A DNA stretch of 64,000 nucleotides from Mobula hypostoma (lineage: Eukaryota), in assembly GCF_963921235.1 (NCBI RefSeq), contig NC_086109.1, forward strand, positions 9,984,001-10,048,000, given 5' to 3'. Under the pieces are notes generated by a model, which was not told the origin of the DNA, ran no database searches, and worked only from the letters and a program-made list of their open reading frames with translations. Positions within the stretch are counted from its first letter, which is position 1. Each line of letters starts with the position of its first letter. Both the position numbers and the translations under genes were made by a program. Below are positions 1-11,970 of the stretch, piece by piece.

Positions 1-537
1 TGGGAATGGGATGTTGAATTAAAATGTGTGGCCATTGGGAGATGACATATCAGAATGGGAATGGTATGTGGGACCCATCCTTGTAAGCGGAACAAGTGCT
101 ACACATGCCCTTACACTTCCTTCCTTACCACCATTCAGGGCCCCAGACAGCCCTTCCAGGTGAGGCGACACTTCATCTGTGAGTCGGCTGGGGTGATATA
201 CTGCGTCCGGTGCTCCTGATGTGGCCTTCTATATATTGGCAAGACCCGACGCAGACTGGGAGATCATTTTGCTGAGGACCTACGCTCTGTCCGCCAGAGA
301 AAGCAGGATCTCCCAGTGGCCACACATTTTAATTCCACATCCCATTCCCATTCTGATATGTCTATCCACGGCCTCCTCTACTGTAAAGATGAAGCCACAC
401 TCAGGTTGGAGGAACAACACCCTATATTCCATCTGGGTAGCCTCCAACCTGATGGCATGAACATTGACTTCTCTAACTTCCGCTAATCCCCCGCCTCTCC
501 CTTGTACCCCATCTGTTATTTATTTATATACACACAT

Positions 538-569
<32 letters not shown>

Positions 570-895
570 CTTTTTCTCCCTTTGTCCCTCTGACTATACC
601 CCTTGCCCATCCTCTGGGTTTTTTGCCCCCCTCTCCCTTTTCCTTCTCCCTGGGCCTCCTGTCCCACGATCCTCTCATATCCCTTTTGCCAATCACCTGT
701 CCAACTCTTGGCTCCATCCCCCCCCCCTCCTGTCTTCTCCTATCATTTTGGATCTCCCCCCTCCCACTTTCAAATCTCTTACTAGCTCTTCCTTCAGTTA
801 GTCCTGACAAAGGGTCTCGGCCCAAAACGTCAACTGTACCTCTTCCTAGAGATGCTGCCTGGCCTGCTGCGTTCAGCAGCAACTTTGATGTGTGT
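1..895 (+). mobile_element. Penelope-like element 3' part: GIY-YIG endonuclease remnant plus pLTR, with an inverted 5' copy
   Basis: Frame 70-486: CKRNKCYTC..VIYCVRCS*CGLLYIGKTRRRLGDHF..HFN..GSLQPDGMNIDF*, one CGA>TGA stop at 217; 1-43 is the reverse complement of about 308-350; decayed hammerhead at about 800-835. Confidence 0.9.
539..568. repeat. (CT)n microsatellite inside the PLE
   Basis: Direct reading. Confidence 0.9.
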
Positions 896-2057
896 AACAG
901 AGATCAATTAACCTACACACGATGGTCAGTGTACAGTGTTCACTCACCTTCACACAAGGTGACCACTCACCTGGACTTGAGGGTCAGTTTACAGTGACTA
1001 ATTAACCCACCAACCCACACATCTCTGGAGACATTGGATGTCAGACTAAGAAGTAAGGACTAAATGCAAGGTTTTGAACTGAAAAATCAAAAATCGCTTC
1101 CCCAACCCCTTCACCCCCAACCTAGGAGTTGTTCAGCCAGCTGAATTCCTCCAGCAGTTGGTTTGTTACACACACCTTCCAAATATGGGAGGAAACTGGA
1201 GCAACCAGGAGAAAAATCCCCAGTATCACAGGGGCGGTGTGGAAACTCCACGAAGATTGCATGGGGGTGGTCAGAACTGAAACAAGAAATCTGATTGGTG
1301 GAGTGGGATATGACATCACCTTTATTTGCATTTCTTACCATGTCTCCCAGAACCATTAGGGTGTTGCCTAGACATTAACCTTGGTCACCATACTATAAAC
1401 ATTTTAAACCACTTTTTATAAAACTGTTTACATTGTAAGTACATGCTGGTATTTATGTATTTATGCACATTTTATTCCATCTCCAAACTTTAGCCTCGAA
1501 CTTCATTTTTTATAGAGTTCTTTATTCTTATAATTGTTGAATATTGATGTTGTTTGTTGTATGTTGCTCCCTGACCAACACATCACAGCAAATTCCTAGT
1601 ACATGTACATGTTTATTGTAGAAAAAGAATTCAACCTTGATCCTTAATCCTTGATCTATGAACCTTAATTCTAGACCGGAGGACTTTACTTACGATGAGA
1701 GTCTGAATAAGCTGTGTCTGTTTTCCCTGGTGTGAAGGAGGTCAAGGGGTTACCTCATAGAGGTTTATAAAATTATAAACACAAGAGATCCTGCAGATGC
1801 TGGAAATCCAGAGTTACACATATAAAATACTGGAAGAGCTCAGCAGGTGTGGCAGCATCTATGGAGAGGGAAAAGGAGCCAATGTTTCTGGTTTCTTTCC
1901 CCTTCAATCCAGTCCTGACAAAGGGACACACCCTGAAAACATTGGCTCTTTATTCCTCCCCACAGATGTTCCCTGACCCGCTGAATTCCTCCAGCATTTT
2001 GTGTGTTATAAGATTTTAAGATGCATAACCAGTGTAGCTAATCAGAATCCTTTTTAG

Positions 2058-3070
2058 ATTGGATTAGTTTAGATTAGATTCAACTTTATTGTCATTGTGC
2101 AGAGTACAGATACAAAGCCAATGATATGCAGTTAGTATCTGACCAGAAATGCAAAGAATAGTGTTATTTAGGAAACTGTAGGAAACTTTGTCACATGGTG
2201 TGAACAGAATTATCTGCAGCTTAATGTGAAAAAGACTAAGGAGCTGGTGGTAGACCTGAGGACAGCTAAGGTACCGGTGACCCCTGTTTCCATCCAGGGG
2301 ATCAGTGTGGATATGGTGGAGGATTACAAATACCTAGGGATACGAATTGACAATAAACTGGACTGGTCAAAGAACACTGAGGCTGTCTACAAGAAGGGTC
2401 AGAGCGGTCTCTATTTCCTGAGGAGACTGAGGTCCTTTAACATCTGCTGGATGATGCTGAGGATGTTCTACGAGTCTGTGGTGGCCAGTGCTATCATGTT
2501 TGCTGTTGTGTGCTGGGGCAGCAGGCTGAGGGTAGCAGACAGCAACAGAATCAACAAACTCATTCGTAAGGCCAGTGATGTTGTGGGGATGGGACTGGAC
2601 TCTCTCACTGCGGTGTCTGAAAAGAGGATGCTGTCTAAGTTGCATGCTATCTTGGTCATAGTCATAGCCATAATAAAGTATGAGTATGACTATGACTATT
2701 TACAAAATAACTGCAAATAAAAAGTAAGTGCTACAGCACACAAATATAAAAGTACTGAGACAGTACAATATGGGTACAATGCGGCTTAGCACTGTGATGT
2801 GAGGTTCAGCAGGGTCACAGCCTCAGGAACGAAGCTCTTCCTGTTCCTGCTGGTGCGGGAGTGGAGGCTCCTGTAGCACCTACCGGATGGGAGGAGAGTA
2901 AAAAGTCCATGGTTAGGGTGAGATGCATCCTTGATAATGCTTTTCGCCCTGCCCAGGCAGCGTTTATGGTAGATGTTCTCAGTGGTGGGCAATTGGGTGC
3001 CAATAATCCGCTGAGCAGTTTTCACTACTTGCTGGAGTGCTTTACGGTCCGATACGGGACAATTGCCATA
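2058..3070 (-). mobile_element. Rex1/Babar-type LINE 3' fragment, interrupted by a nested insertion
   Basis: ORF 2786..3232: WYGNC..RKALQQVVKTAQRIIG..LPSGRCYRS; (TTAGA)n tail at about 2058-2080. Confidence 0.8.
2171..2696 (+). mobile_element. Nested Rex1/Babar-type LINE fragment (RT C-terminus)
   Basis: ORF KTKELVVDLR..YKYLG..LYFLRRLRSF; AATAAA then (TATGAC)n tail; TATTTA flanks at 2165-2170 and 2697-2702. Confidence 0.85.
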
Positions 3071-3654
3071 CCACATTTTTCCCATGGGAGGGGGATCATT
3101 TTCCCATAGGTTTAAGTTGAGAGGAAGGAGTTTTAAAGGGGTTCTGAGGGGTAAGATATTTTTACACGGAGAGTGGTTGCTATCACTGTACAGAGTTTTG
3201 CCAAAGAGTCTACAAGCTACCTCTAGGGTCAACTGGTCATTTCAGTGTTTGGGAAACTCCAATAACATAGAACCTTCCATGTAACAGTTACTTTGGTAGA
3301 ACGTAGAAGAGCACAGCATAGGAACATGCCCTTCGGCCCACAATATTGCACTGAACTAATTAAATTAATGATGTCGAATTACACTAATCCTTACTGCCTA
3401 TGCATCATTCATATCCCTATTCATTCTCTGTATATGCCTCTTAAGTGCCACTATAATATCTGTTCTCACCACCAATCCTGATGGCGTGTTCCAGGCAACA
3501 CCCCCCCCCATACCCACTTTCACCCTTCCACCCTTCCACCCTTCATCCACTTTGAAATTTCCCCCTCTCATCCCTGCCCTCTGGTTTTTGACATTTCTTC
3601 CCCGGGAAAATGATTCTGATTCTCTATCCTACCTACGCCTAACATTACAAACTT

Positions 3655-3885
3655 GGGGTTGCACGGTAGCATAGCGATTACATTGCCGGCAGTCCAGGCT
3701 CAATTCCACTGCTGTCTCTAAGGAGTTTGGACATTCTCCCTCTGACTGTGTGGGTTTCCTCCAGGTGCTCTGGTTTCCTCCCACATTCCAAAGATGTACG
3801 GGTTAATAGATTAATTAATCACATGGGTATAATTGGGTGGCATGGGCTCGTTAAGCCAGAAGGGCCTGTTAGTACTTAAATTAAA
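3655..3885 (+). mobile_element. tRNA-derived V-SINE (HE1-like)
   Basis: A/B-box-like head, then the core AAGGAGTTTG..TGGGTTTCCTCCAGGTGCTCTGGTTTCCTCCCACATTCCAAAGA. Confidence 0.8.
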
Positions 3886-4164
3886 TTATACTAACCTAAA
3901 CTTCTATCAGGTCTCCAATGCTCCAGAGGAAACAATTCAAGTTTGCTCAACTTCTTCTTCTACCACATTCCCTCAAATCCATACTGGTAAAACTCTTCTG
4001 CACCCTCTCCAAATCCTCCACATCCTTTCTGAAAAAGAGTGACCGGAGTTGCACACAGTACTCCAAGCAATAGTCTCCTGAAAATTCCACACACACACCA
4101 GTCCTGCTGCTCTGATATCATCGAAATATCAAGATCTAATGTTCATCCATGTCTATTCTGACTA

Positions 4165-4740
4165 TTAAACTGTAAACCCGCCTGCACATGGTCCATATTC
4201 CTCCATTGCTTGCCTGTTCTTTTGCCTGTCTAAATGCCTCTTAGACGTTGCTATTGTACCTGGATTCCACCATCTCCCATGGAAGCGTGTTCCAGATACT
4301 TGCCATTCCCTGTGTAAAAGACTTCCTGTGTTAATTTTCCTTCTCCCCTTAAAGCTATGTTCCCAAGTATTTGACAATTCCACATATTGTTTTTTCCTCT
4401 GGGGAAGAATATCCTGTCCAAGTTTCTCTTCATTTTATAAATGTCTATCAGGCCTCTCCTTATCTTCCAATGGTCCAGAGAAAACATTCCAGTTTGTCCA
4501 GCCTCTTCTTATGGCTTATACTCTTTAATCCAATCAGCATCCTGGTGAACCTCTTCTGCAGCCTCTCCAAAGCTTCCTGTAATGGGCTGACTAGAACCAC
4601 ATTTCAAGTTTTATAGAACTGCAACTTGACTTCACTCTTAAACTCTATGCCCTGGAAACGAAGGCAGGCTTGCCATACACCTTTGTTACCACTCTACCTG
4701 CTTGTGCTGCAGCTTTCAGGGAGCTAAGAGCTTGGACCTC
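4165..4740 (-). mobile_element. CR1 LINE 3' fragment
   Basis: FSLDHWKIRRGLIDIYKMK resembles the CR1 ORF2 C-terminus. Confidence 0.75.
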
Positions 4741-5144
4741 AAGATTAGCTACAATGGCACCAGTCCATAACTCAAAAGCCATTCAGGTCTATGTTGAACT
4801 TTATTGGTGTAAAGTTTTGCAGCAAAGCCAGACACTACTTCTAGAGTCAACTGGTCCTTTCAATATGCTGGAGGAACTCAGCAGGTCAGGTAGCGTCTAT
4901 GGAGGGGAATAAACAGTTAATGTTTAGTAGCTGCCTGATCTGCCGAGTACCTCAAGCATTTTGTATGTGTGTGTGTGTATAGCTCTGTATTTCCAGCATT
5001 TGCAGAATCTCTTGTGTTTATGATGCTTTCAATGTTCGGAATGCCCCATTAACTCAGAACCCTCACTTCTACTGAGCGGACAAAAACAATCATTCATCAC
5101 TAATTAACGAGCGTGTGACATAATGTGTCCTTTCTTCTTTCCAG

Positions 5145-5222
5145 TTCGCCAGTCTCTTTGTGGTGATAGTGGTGCTTCTAGTATTTATGGTTTTGGGAGT
5201 GTACCTGCAACCGCTTCCTAAG
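5145..5222 (+). CDS. slc26a9: SLC26A9-like exon A (TM region), FASLFVVIVVLLVFMVLGVYLQPLPK
   Basis: Acceptor tttcttctttccAG, donor AAG|GTaaga; 78 nt, phase 0/0; resembles human SLC26A9 VASLCVSLVVMITMLVLGIYLYPLPK as recalled. Confidence 0.93.
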
Positions 5223-5844
5223 GTAAGAGCCCTTCCGGATGATGCTTATTATAGAAAGAATGACCTTGCATATTGAGATACAGGAGCCTGAAGGCTCACC
5301 CTTGACAAATTATGAACAGATTTTGCCCTTCTACCATCAGATTTCTGAACAGTCTATGAACCCATGAATACTATCTCATTATTCCTTAGTTTTTCCACTG
5401 TTTGTTTTTGTAATTTGAAGATTTTTATGTCTTTGCACTGTACTGCTGCTGTACAACAAATTTGACATTATACTGTGTGTCAGAGTTAATAAATCTGATT
5501 CTCAATCTGAGACACGCCCTTCACATCTGCAGGGCAGCCCTAAGTGCTTCACTCTGTAAGTAGTCACTGCTGGAACTCCACCACTTGAACTTCTGCCTCT
5601 GAGGTTGTGCCTTCAGGTCTTTCTCCTTGTACGTGAGAGGCTACACCCAGCCTCTTTTGAGAGGGTCATAGATGTAGAGTAATACAGCATGGAGACAACT
5701 CCATAGGTGCATTTAATCCACACCGTTTAGCAAGAGCAGATATCATCAAAGCAGGTGATCATTTACACTGATCCCCATTCTGTTCTTCCCACGTTCCTAT
5801 CAATTGCCCCAAGTTTCTACCACCTACTACACACCAGAGGCAGT

Positions 5845-6255
5845 TTCATCTTCATCATTATGTGCCATGTCGTATGACGTGGGTGATCATGGTCTTTCCA
5901 TGATCATGGTAGTTCTTGGCAAATTTTTCTACAGAAGTGGCTTGCTATCTCCTTTTTCTGGGCAGTGTCTTTACAAGACAGGTGGCCCCAACCATCTTCA
6001 GAGATTGCCTGGTGTCAGTGGTCACATAACCAGGACTTGTGATGTGCACCAGATGTTCATCAGACCATCCACCACTTGCTCCCATGCAGATATCATCAAA
6101 GCAGGTGACCTTTTACACTAATCCCCATGGCTTCATGTGACCCTCATTGTGGGGTTTAAGCAGGTGCTACACATTGCCCAAAGGTGACCTGCAGGCTAGT
6201 GGAGGGAAGGAGCGTCTTACATCTCCTTTGGTAGAAATGTATCTCCACCCCGCCA
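5845..6255 (-). mobile_element. RTE-related SINE / non-autonomous element (copy 1)
   Basis: Reverse-complement homolog of 55676-56058; (GAT)n-like tail. Confidence 0.7.
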
Positions 6256-7401
6256 ATCACCCCACCAAACTGCGTGTTTGTGGGACGTAGCAGGGAACCG
6301 GAGCTCCCGGAGGAAACCTACACGGTTACAGGGAGAAAATCATAACAAGAGCAGAATTAAGCTATTCGGTCCATCTATTCGATTACGACTGATTTATTTT
6401 CCCTCTCAACCTCATTCTAGTGCCTTCTCTCCAGAAGCTTTAACCTGCTTACTAATCTGGAATCAGGAATCAAGAAGCTCTTTAAACATTATTCTTTCTA
6501 CCAATGTGCATGACCCTACAGTGCCCGACACTGTATTCCATGTGTCACTTACTTGCCCACTCTCTTGATCTGTCCAAATCTCTGGACAGATTCTGTGCTC
6601 CCCTTGATTCCTCAACTCTACCTGCACCTCCACTTATCTTTGTATTGTCTGCAAACTTGGCCTCAAAGCCATCAATTCTGTCATCCAGATCAGTAATATA
6701 TAAGGTGAGAAGTAGTGGGCCCAACACCAAGCGCTTTTAATTTACACAGACTCACACAGACAGAGGCTGAGGTCAGGACTGAACCTAGCTGTGCCATTCT
6801 GCCACCCAGCCACCCAGTGGGGTGGTGGGATTTCTAGGGATCTAGTAGGGGTGGCTGTGTCTTTATAGGGGGATGAGGGGACAAGGAGTTAGAGGAGTAT
6901 TCAGATCCCCATCGGGCTTGCTATCCTGCTCTTTACTAGCACACTAAAAATCTGGTTGAGCGCTGCCACAACAACCACCTCACTCAATGTCAACAAAACC
7001 AAAGAGCTGACTATTGACTAGAAGAAGGAGAAGCTCGATGTCCATGAGGGGATCAGAGGTGCAGAGGGTCGGTAACTGAGCTGGCATAGATAACTTCAGT
7101 CAGCTTTAATTTGGACTGATCCCACAACCTACAGACTTTCTTTCAAGGATTCCTTACAACTCATACTCTCAATATTATTTTTAATTGCACAGCTTCTCCT
7201 TTTCACATTGGTTGATTATCAATCTTTGCTTATATATAGTTTTCTTTTCTAAATTCTATTCTTTCTTTATTTTTCCTCTGAATGCCTGCAAGAAAGTAGA
7301 ATATGTATTTTGATAATAAATTTGTTTTGAACTTTTAACTTTGAATTTCTATACAGTCCCATCATTAAATGGAGGGGCTAAGTGGAAGGGAAGGGTTAGA
7401 T

Positions 7402-7483
7402 CAGGAGTTCCCAACCTTTTTTTATGCCATGGACCCTTACCATTAACCGAGGAGGTCTGTGGACCCGAGGTTGGGAAACCCTG
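7402..7483. mobile_element. hAT/Charlie-type MITE
   Basis: TIRs CAGGAGTTCCCAACC / GGTTGGGAAACCCTG; 8-bp TSD ggttagat / gtttagat (7 of 8 match). Confidence 0.85.
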
Positions 7484-7813
7484 GTTTAGATCGACCTTGG
7501 AGCAAGTTAAAGGGTCACCATAACATTATAGGCCAAAGGACTTGTACAGAGCTGTACTACTCTATTTTTTTTGTTCATCGATGGCCCGTGTCGAACAGCA
7601 CCAGATTCCAGCTTCAGCACACTGTTACGTGGGAAATAGCCTTCAGCCGTGACCTAGTAACGGTCAATAGTGTGCATCAATCATGGACAAAGTCAATCTC
7701 CAGTTCCAGAAGACTGGAAGAAACAGCAAAGTGTGCTTGGTTTCACAGGCAGGAGATTTCCTCTGGTGTAGAGTAAGATATTACATAAAACCTCCCTCTG
7801 TTTCTGTCTCTAG

Positions 7814-7909
7814 TCTGTACTGGGAGCACTGATAGCCGTCAACTTGAAAAACACCTTGATGCAGATCACCGACCCCTTCTACCTGTGGAAGAAAAACAAA
7901 CTGGATTGT
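7814..7909 (+). CDS. slc26a9: SLC26A9-like exon B, SVLGALIAVNLKNTLMQITDPFYLWKKNKLDC
   Basis: ctgtctctAG / TGT|GTgagt; 96 nt; close to SLC26A9 SVLGALIAVNLKNSLKQLTDPYYLWRKSKLDC. Confidence 0.96.
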
Positions 7910-7954
7910 GTGAGTGACATTTCCTGTTTATTATTGCGAGATGCTTGTGTAATG

Positions 7955-8720
7955 TTCAATCTAGGAAAGTGTGCAGTGATTCACTCTGTAGGTCGAACGT
8001 GAAGGCAGAGTACAAGATTAGTACCAGGATCCTTAGCAGTGTGGAGGAACAGAGGGATCCTGGGGTCCATGTCCATTGATCTCTCAAAGTCACTGCACAA
8101 GCCGATATGATAATCTAGAAGACGTATGGCGTGTTGGCCTTCATTAGTTCGGGAATTGATTTCAAGAGCTGTGAGATAATGTTGCAGCTCTATAAGACTC
8201 TGGTTAGACCATACTTAGAGTACTTCTGTTTGCCTCATTACAGGAAAGATGTGGAAGCTTTAGAGAGGGGGCAGAGGAGATTTACCAGAATGCTGCCTGG
8301 ATTACAGAGCACAGAGTATCTTATGAGAATAGTTTGTGCATTTCTCTTTGGAGTGAAGGAGGATGAGAGGAGACTTGATAAGGGTGCCTAAGCTGATAAG
8401 AGGAATAGATAGGGCAGATAGGCAACACCTTTTTCCCAGGACAGGAAGGGCTAATATGAGAGGACGTAATTTTAAGGCGATGGGATGAAAGTACAGGTGG
8501 TGGGGGGGGGGAGGATGTCAGACGTAGTGAGTGCCATCGGGTGATGATAGAGGCAGATTCACTAGGGACATGTAAGAGACTCTTAGATAAGCACATGGAT
8601 GCAAGAAAAATGAAGGGACATGTCGGAGGCTTGATCTTGAAGTAGGTTAAAAGATTGACACAATATCATGGGCTGAAGAGCCCGTAGTATACTGTTCCAT
8701 GTTTCATATTCTATTTTCTA
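7955..8720 (+). mobile_element. CR1 LINE 3' fragment
   Basis: ORF LQLYKTLVRPYLEY..RKDVEALERGQRRFTRMLPG. Confidence 0.85.
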
Positions 8721-9736
8721 GCTGAAGTGAATTAAGATTCGGGCTTTTTGCCACAAACCCCTATCGTACTTTTTGAAGCTCAATATTTTTGCGTGAATTC
8801 TGTAAGTCTATGAAGCACAAAGAACTAATGGGATCTATTAGATATCTAGGACAACCTTATTAAGTGTTTTAATTCCAGGGTCTACTTCCTAAATTATTTG
8901 GAGTATTGTATTTAGCTGCCACTAGAACAAAATGCATTAACTTGCCGTTAATAGAGTACAGGACATCCCTGGGTAATGAATGTGTTCCCTTTTTATAGAT
9001 GTCTGTGAGTTAATTGTGTCCTTAAGTCAGAAAATACACAAAAATTCAGTGTCGTGACTATACTTCTACAGCATTGTAAAGAACGGTATCAATAGCATAT
9101 AAGACTTATGCAAAAGGACATTTCCTAAATCACTAAAAGTAGGGAGAGAGGATATTGGTTCTTCTGTTCTTAACAATGAGCCGTAAGCCAAACTTTTGAA
9201 TTTTATAATGTTGTGGAAGTTTCATTGTATGTCAGGGTACCCAAAAGTCAGGAGCTGGTTACCAAGAGACAGACTGTACAGAGCTCATTCTATGTGGGAA
9301 TTCTCAGGGAGAACTGAACAGGACACCAAAGTGCACAGGAGGCTTGGACAAGGTTTAAGGACCACATTAAAAGATAGAAGTGAGGTGGAAAATGGAAGAA
9401 ATTAGGGAGAGAATTCCGGAATTTCTCCACACGGGTTGATGACAGGCTAAGCTGGGAATGTATGGGAGGCTGGTGTTAACCAAGCACAATGGGCAGGAGG
9501 AGAGAAGCCATAGAGCACAGGAGAGGAAAACACAGCACATGAGCAGGTTTTAGAGCCCGTGAAGTCTGTGCCAATCATATCGCCAATCCAAACTAATCCC
9601 ATCTGCCCGCACATGGTCTGTATCCTGCTGTTCCCGGCCTGTTCATGCCTCTGTTTGACTGCCTTGCAAACATTACTTTCATATCCATTTCTACCATCTC
9701 CCCGGGATCAATTCCACACACCTACCACTAAAATAA

Positions 9737-9840
9737 TCAGTTAGTCCTGACGAAGGGTCTCGGCCCGAAACATCGACTGTACATCTTCCTATAGATGTTG
9801 CCTGGCCTGCTGCGTTCACCAGCAATTTTTATGCACGTTG
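9737..9840 (+). mobile_element. Short PLE pLTR insertion with 10-bp TSD
   Basis: ACTAAAATAA at 9727-9736 and 9841-9850. Confidence 0.85.
9743..9778 (+). ncRNA. Minimal type-I hammerhead ribozyme motif (PLE), intact core
   Basis: AGUC-CUGACGA-A-GGGU(CUCG)GCCC-GAAA-C-AUC^-GACU. Confidence 0.75.
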
Positions 9841-9937
9841 ACTAAAATAACTTGCCTCTTAAGCTTCACCTTAAACCTATGTTCTCTGGTATCTGACATT
9901 TCCATACTGGAAAAAAGACTCTGACTAGCTACACTTC

Positions 9938-10705
9938 AAACAGCACATCATATTCAGCCTGGGTAGTCTCCATCTTGATGGCATGAATATTGACTTTGCA
10001 AACTTCAAGTAATTTCTTCCCATCTGTTCTCTCTTCTCCCTCCTTCTGATCCACAGGACTACCATTCTCTTATCATTATCCCCCCCCCCCTCCATTCTCC
10101 ATCCTCTCCTTTAGCCCTTCATCCACACACTCCTCCCAGAAGTCTCTCCCTTTATTCCATGGTCCACCTTCCTTTCCTCTTCAGCCCTTTGTCACTTCCA
10201 CCTATCACCTCCCAGCCTCTGACATCATTCCCATTCTCTCCTCCCTCCCTCGTCTGCCTATCAGCTCCCTCACCTGGATCCACCCATCACTTTCCAGCTC
10301 TTGTCCCACCCCTTCTCTCCACCTTTCCACATTGGCTGACTCTCTCTTCCTTTCAGCCCTGGTGAAGGGTCTCAACCCGAAGAGTCGGCTGTCCGTACCA
10401 CTCCACAGCTGCTGTCTGACCAGCCGGGTTAAGACCATATGACACAGGAGCAGAAACAGGCTGTTTGGCCCATCGTGACTACTCCACCGTTCAATCGTGG
10501 AAGATATATTATCCCTCTCAACCCCATACTCCTGCTTTCTCCCCGTTCCTCCAGCGTCTCCTGTGTTGCTCCAGATTCCAGATTCATCTGTTGAGTCCTG
10601 ATGAAGGGTCTTGGCCCGAAATGTCGAGGTTTATTCCCCTCCGTAGATGCTGCCTGAGCTGCTGAGTTCCTCCAGCATTCTGTGTGTGTTGTTCTGGCAT
10701 CTGCA
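9938..10705 (+). mobile_element. PLE 3' fragment with tandem pLTR/hammerhead copies (10355, 10594) and a nested CR1-tail piece
   Basis: GIY-YIG tail (LGSLHLDGMNIDF), pyrimidine-rich UTR, GATGCTGCCTGA..GAGTTCCTCCAGCA. Confidence 0.8.
10594..10627 (+). ncRNA. Minimal hammerhead motif, intact core, weak helix I
   Basis: AGUC-CUGAUGA-A-GGGU(CUUG)GCCC-GAAA-U-GUC^-GA. Confidence 0.65.
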
Positions 10706-11258
10706 GCCACTTTTGTCTCTACTTTCAAACCCCAACCTGCTTCCGACTGCCATAGATTGATCCCTGAAGCGTAGGGTCAATGGGATAAGAGTGGGTTCTA
10801 AGCTGCCACAGCTGAGCAACCTGGGCAGACAGATGGAAACCGGGCACTCGGAAAAAATTCAAGCAAACACTCACCAACAAGTGTGTGTTAGACCATAAGA
10901 CATTGGAGCAGAATTAGGCCATTCAGCCCATCAAGTCTGCTCTGCCAATTCATCATGTTGCCCACGGTAGAGAGAGATGTGAGCAACAAAGTAAGAACTT
11001 TGGGATGAGGTAAGCAGTGTGGAAGAGGGATTATGACAGGGAAATCAACAGGAAAACTAGAGGTCTACATGAAATTCCCATTGCTAGGATCTGAAGGACC
11101 ACCAGTGTTCAGCTTCACACTTTCATCCTGAACTTTGAAAGTGCTGTTAAGCAACATCTCACCCAGACCTTCTCAGAAGAAATACCTATTTTTTTTTTCT
11201 GCGGTGAGTGTGTACCTTGGTGAGGTCAGCCTGACTCAACCCCTCTCTCTGCCCTTAG

Positions 11259-11365
11259 AGCGTGTGGGTGGTAAGCTTCCTGTCAGCGTTCCTGCTTGGT
11301 TTGCCCTACGGGGTGGCAGTCGGCGTGGGATTCTCGGCACTAGTTGTGGTGTTCCAAACACAATT
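11259..11365 (+). CDS. slc26a9: SLC26A9-like exon C (last TMs), SVWVVSFLSAFLLGLPYGVAVGVGFSALVVVFQTQ(F)
   Basis: ctctgcccttAG / TT|GTgagt; 107 nt, ends in phase 2; LPYGVAVGV..VVVFQTQF motif. Confidence 0.95.
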
Positions 11366-11724
11366 GTGAGTATGTCACTTTCTTTAACTGTCTCCGAAAG
11401 CTCATGTTATGTGAAGGGAAGGCATGTAAGGTCAGCTGAAAGATCTTGAAAAATAAATAAATTTATAGTGCAATGAAAAGGCAAAATAGTGAGATAGTGT
11501 TCAAGGGTTTATGGACCATTCAGAAATCTGATGGTGGGAAGCTGTTCGAACAGTTAAAATCACAATCAAGTTTATTATCATTGACATATGTCATAAAATT
11601 TGTTGCTCTAGGCAGCAGTACAGTGTAATACATATTTATCTACAAACTTAAAATGAAATATTTATCAAAGCAAGCTAAATAAGCAGTGCAAAAAGAGCAA
11701 AAATTGTGAGAATAATATAAATGA

Positions 11725-11970
11725 ATCCGTCGCTGTCTGTAAGGAGTTTGTACATTCTCCTCATGACAATGTGGGTTTCCTCCAGGTGCTCTGGTTTCCT
11801 CCCACATTCCAAACCCATATCTATTAGTAGATTAATTGGTCATTGTAAATTTTCCCATGATTAGGCTAGGGTTAAATTGAGGGATTGCTGGACAGCGTGG
11901 CTGAAAGTACCAGAAGGGACTATTCCGCACTGTATCTCAATCAATCAATCAATCAATAAATAAATAAATA
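11725..11970 (+). mobile_element. V-SINE with (TCAA)n(TAAA)n tail
   Basis: V-domain core plus simple-repeat tail. Confidence 0.8.

Noticed and set aside
464..997. Long Pro/Ser/Leu-rich ORFs (also 42553..43041 and 55028..55549)
   Set aside because: Low-complexity pyrimidine-rich PLE UTR sequence produces stop-poor frames
11135..11449. 104-aa ORF overlapping exon C
   Set aside because: Wrong frame; the coding part is 11259-11365 in another frame
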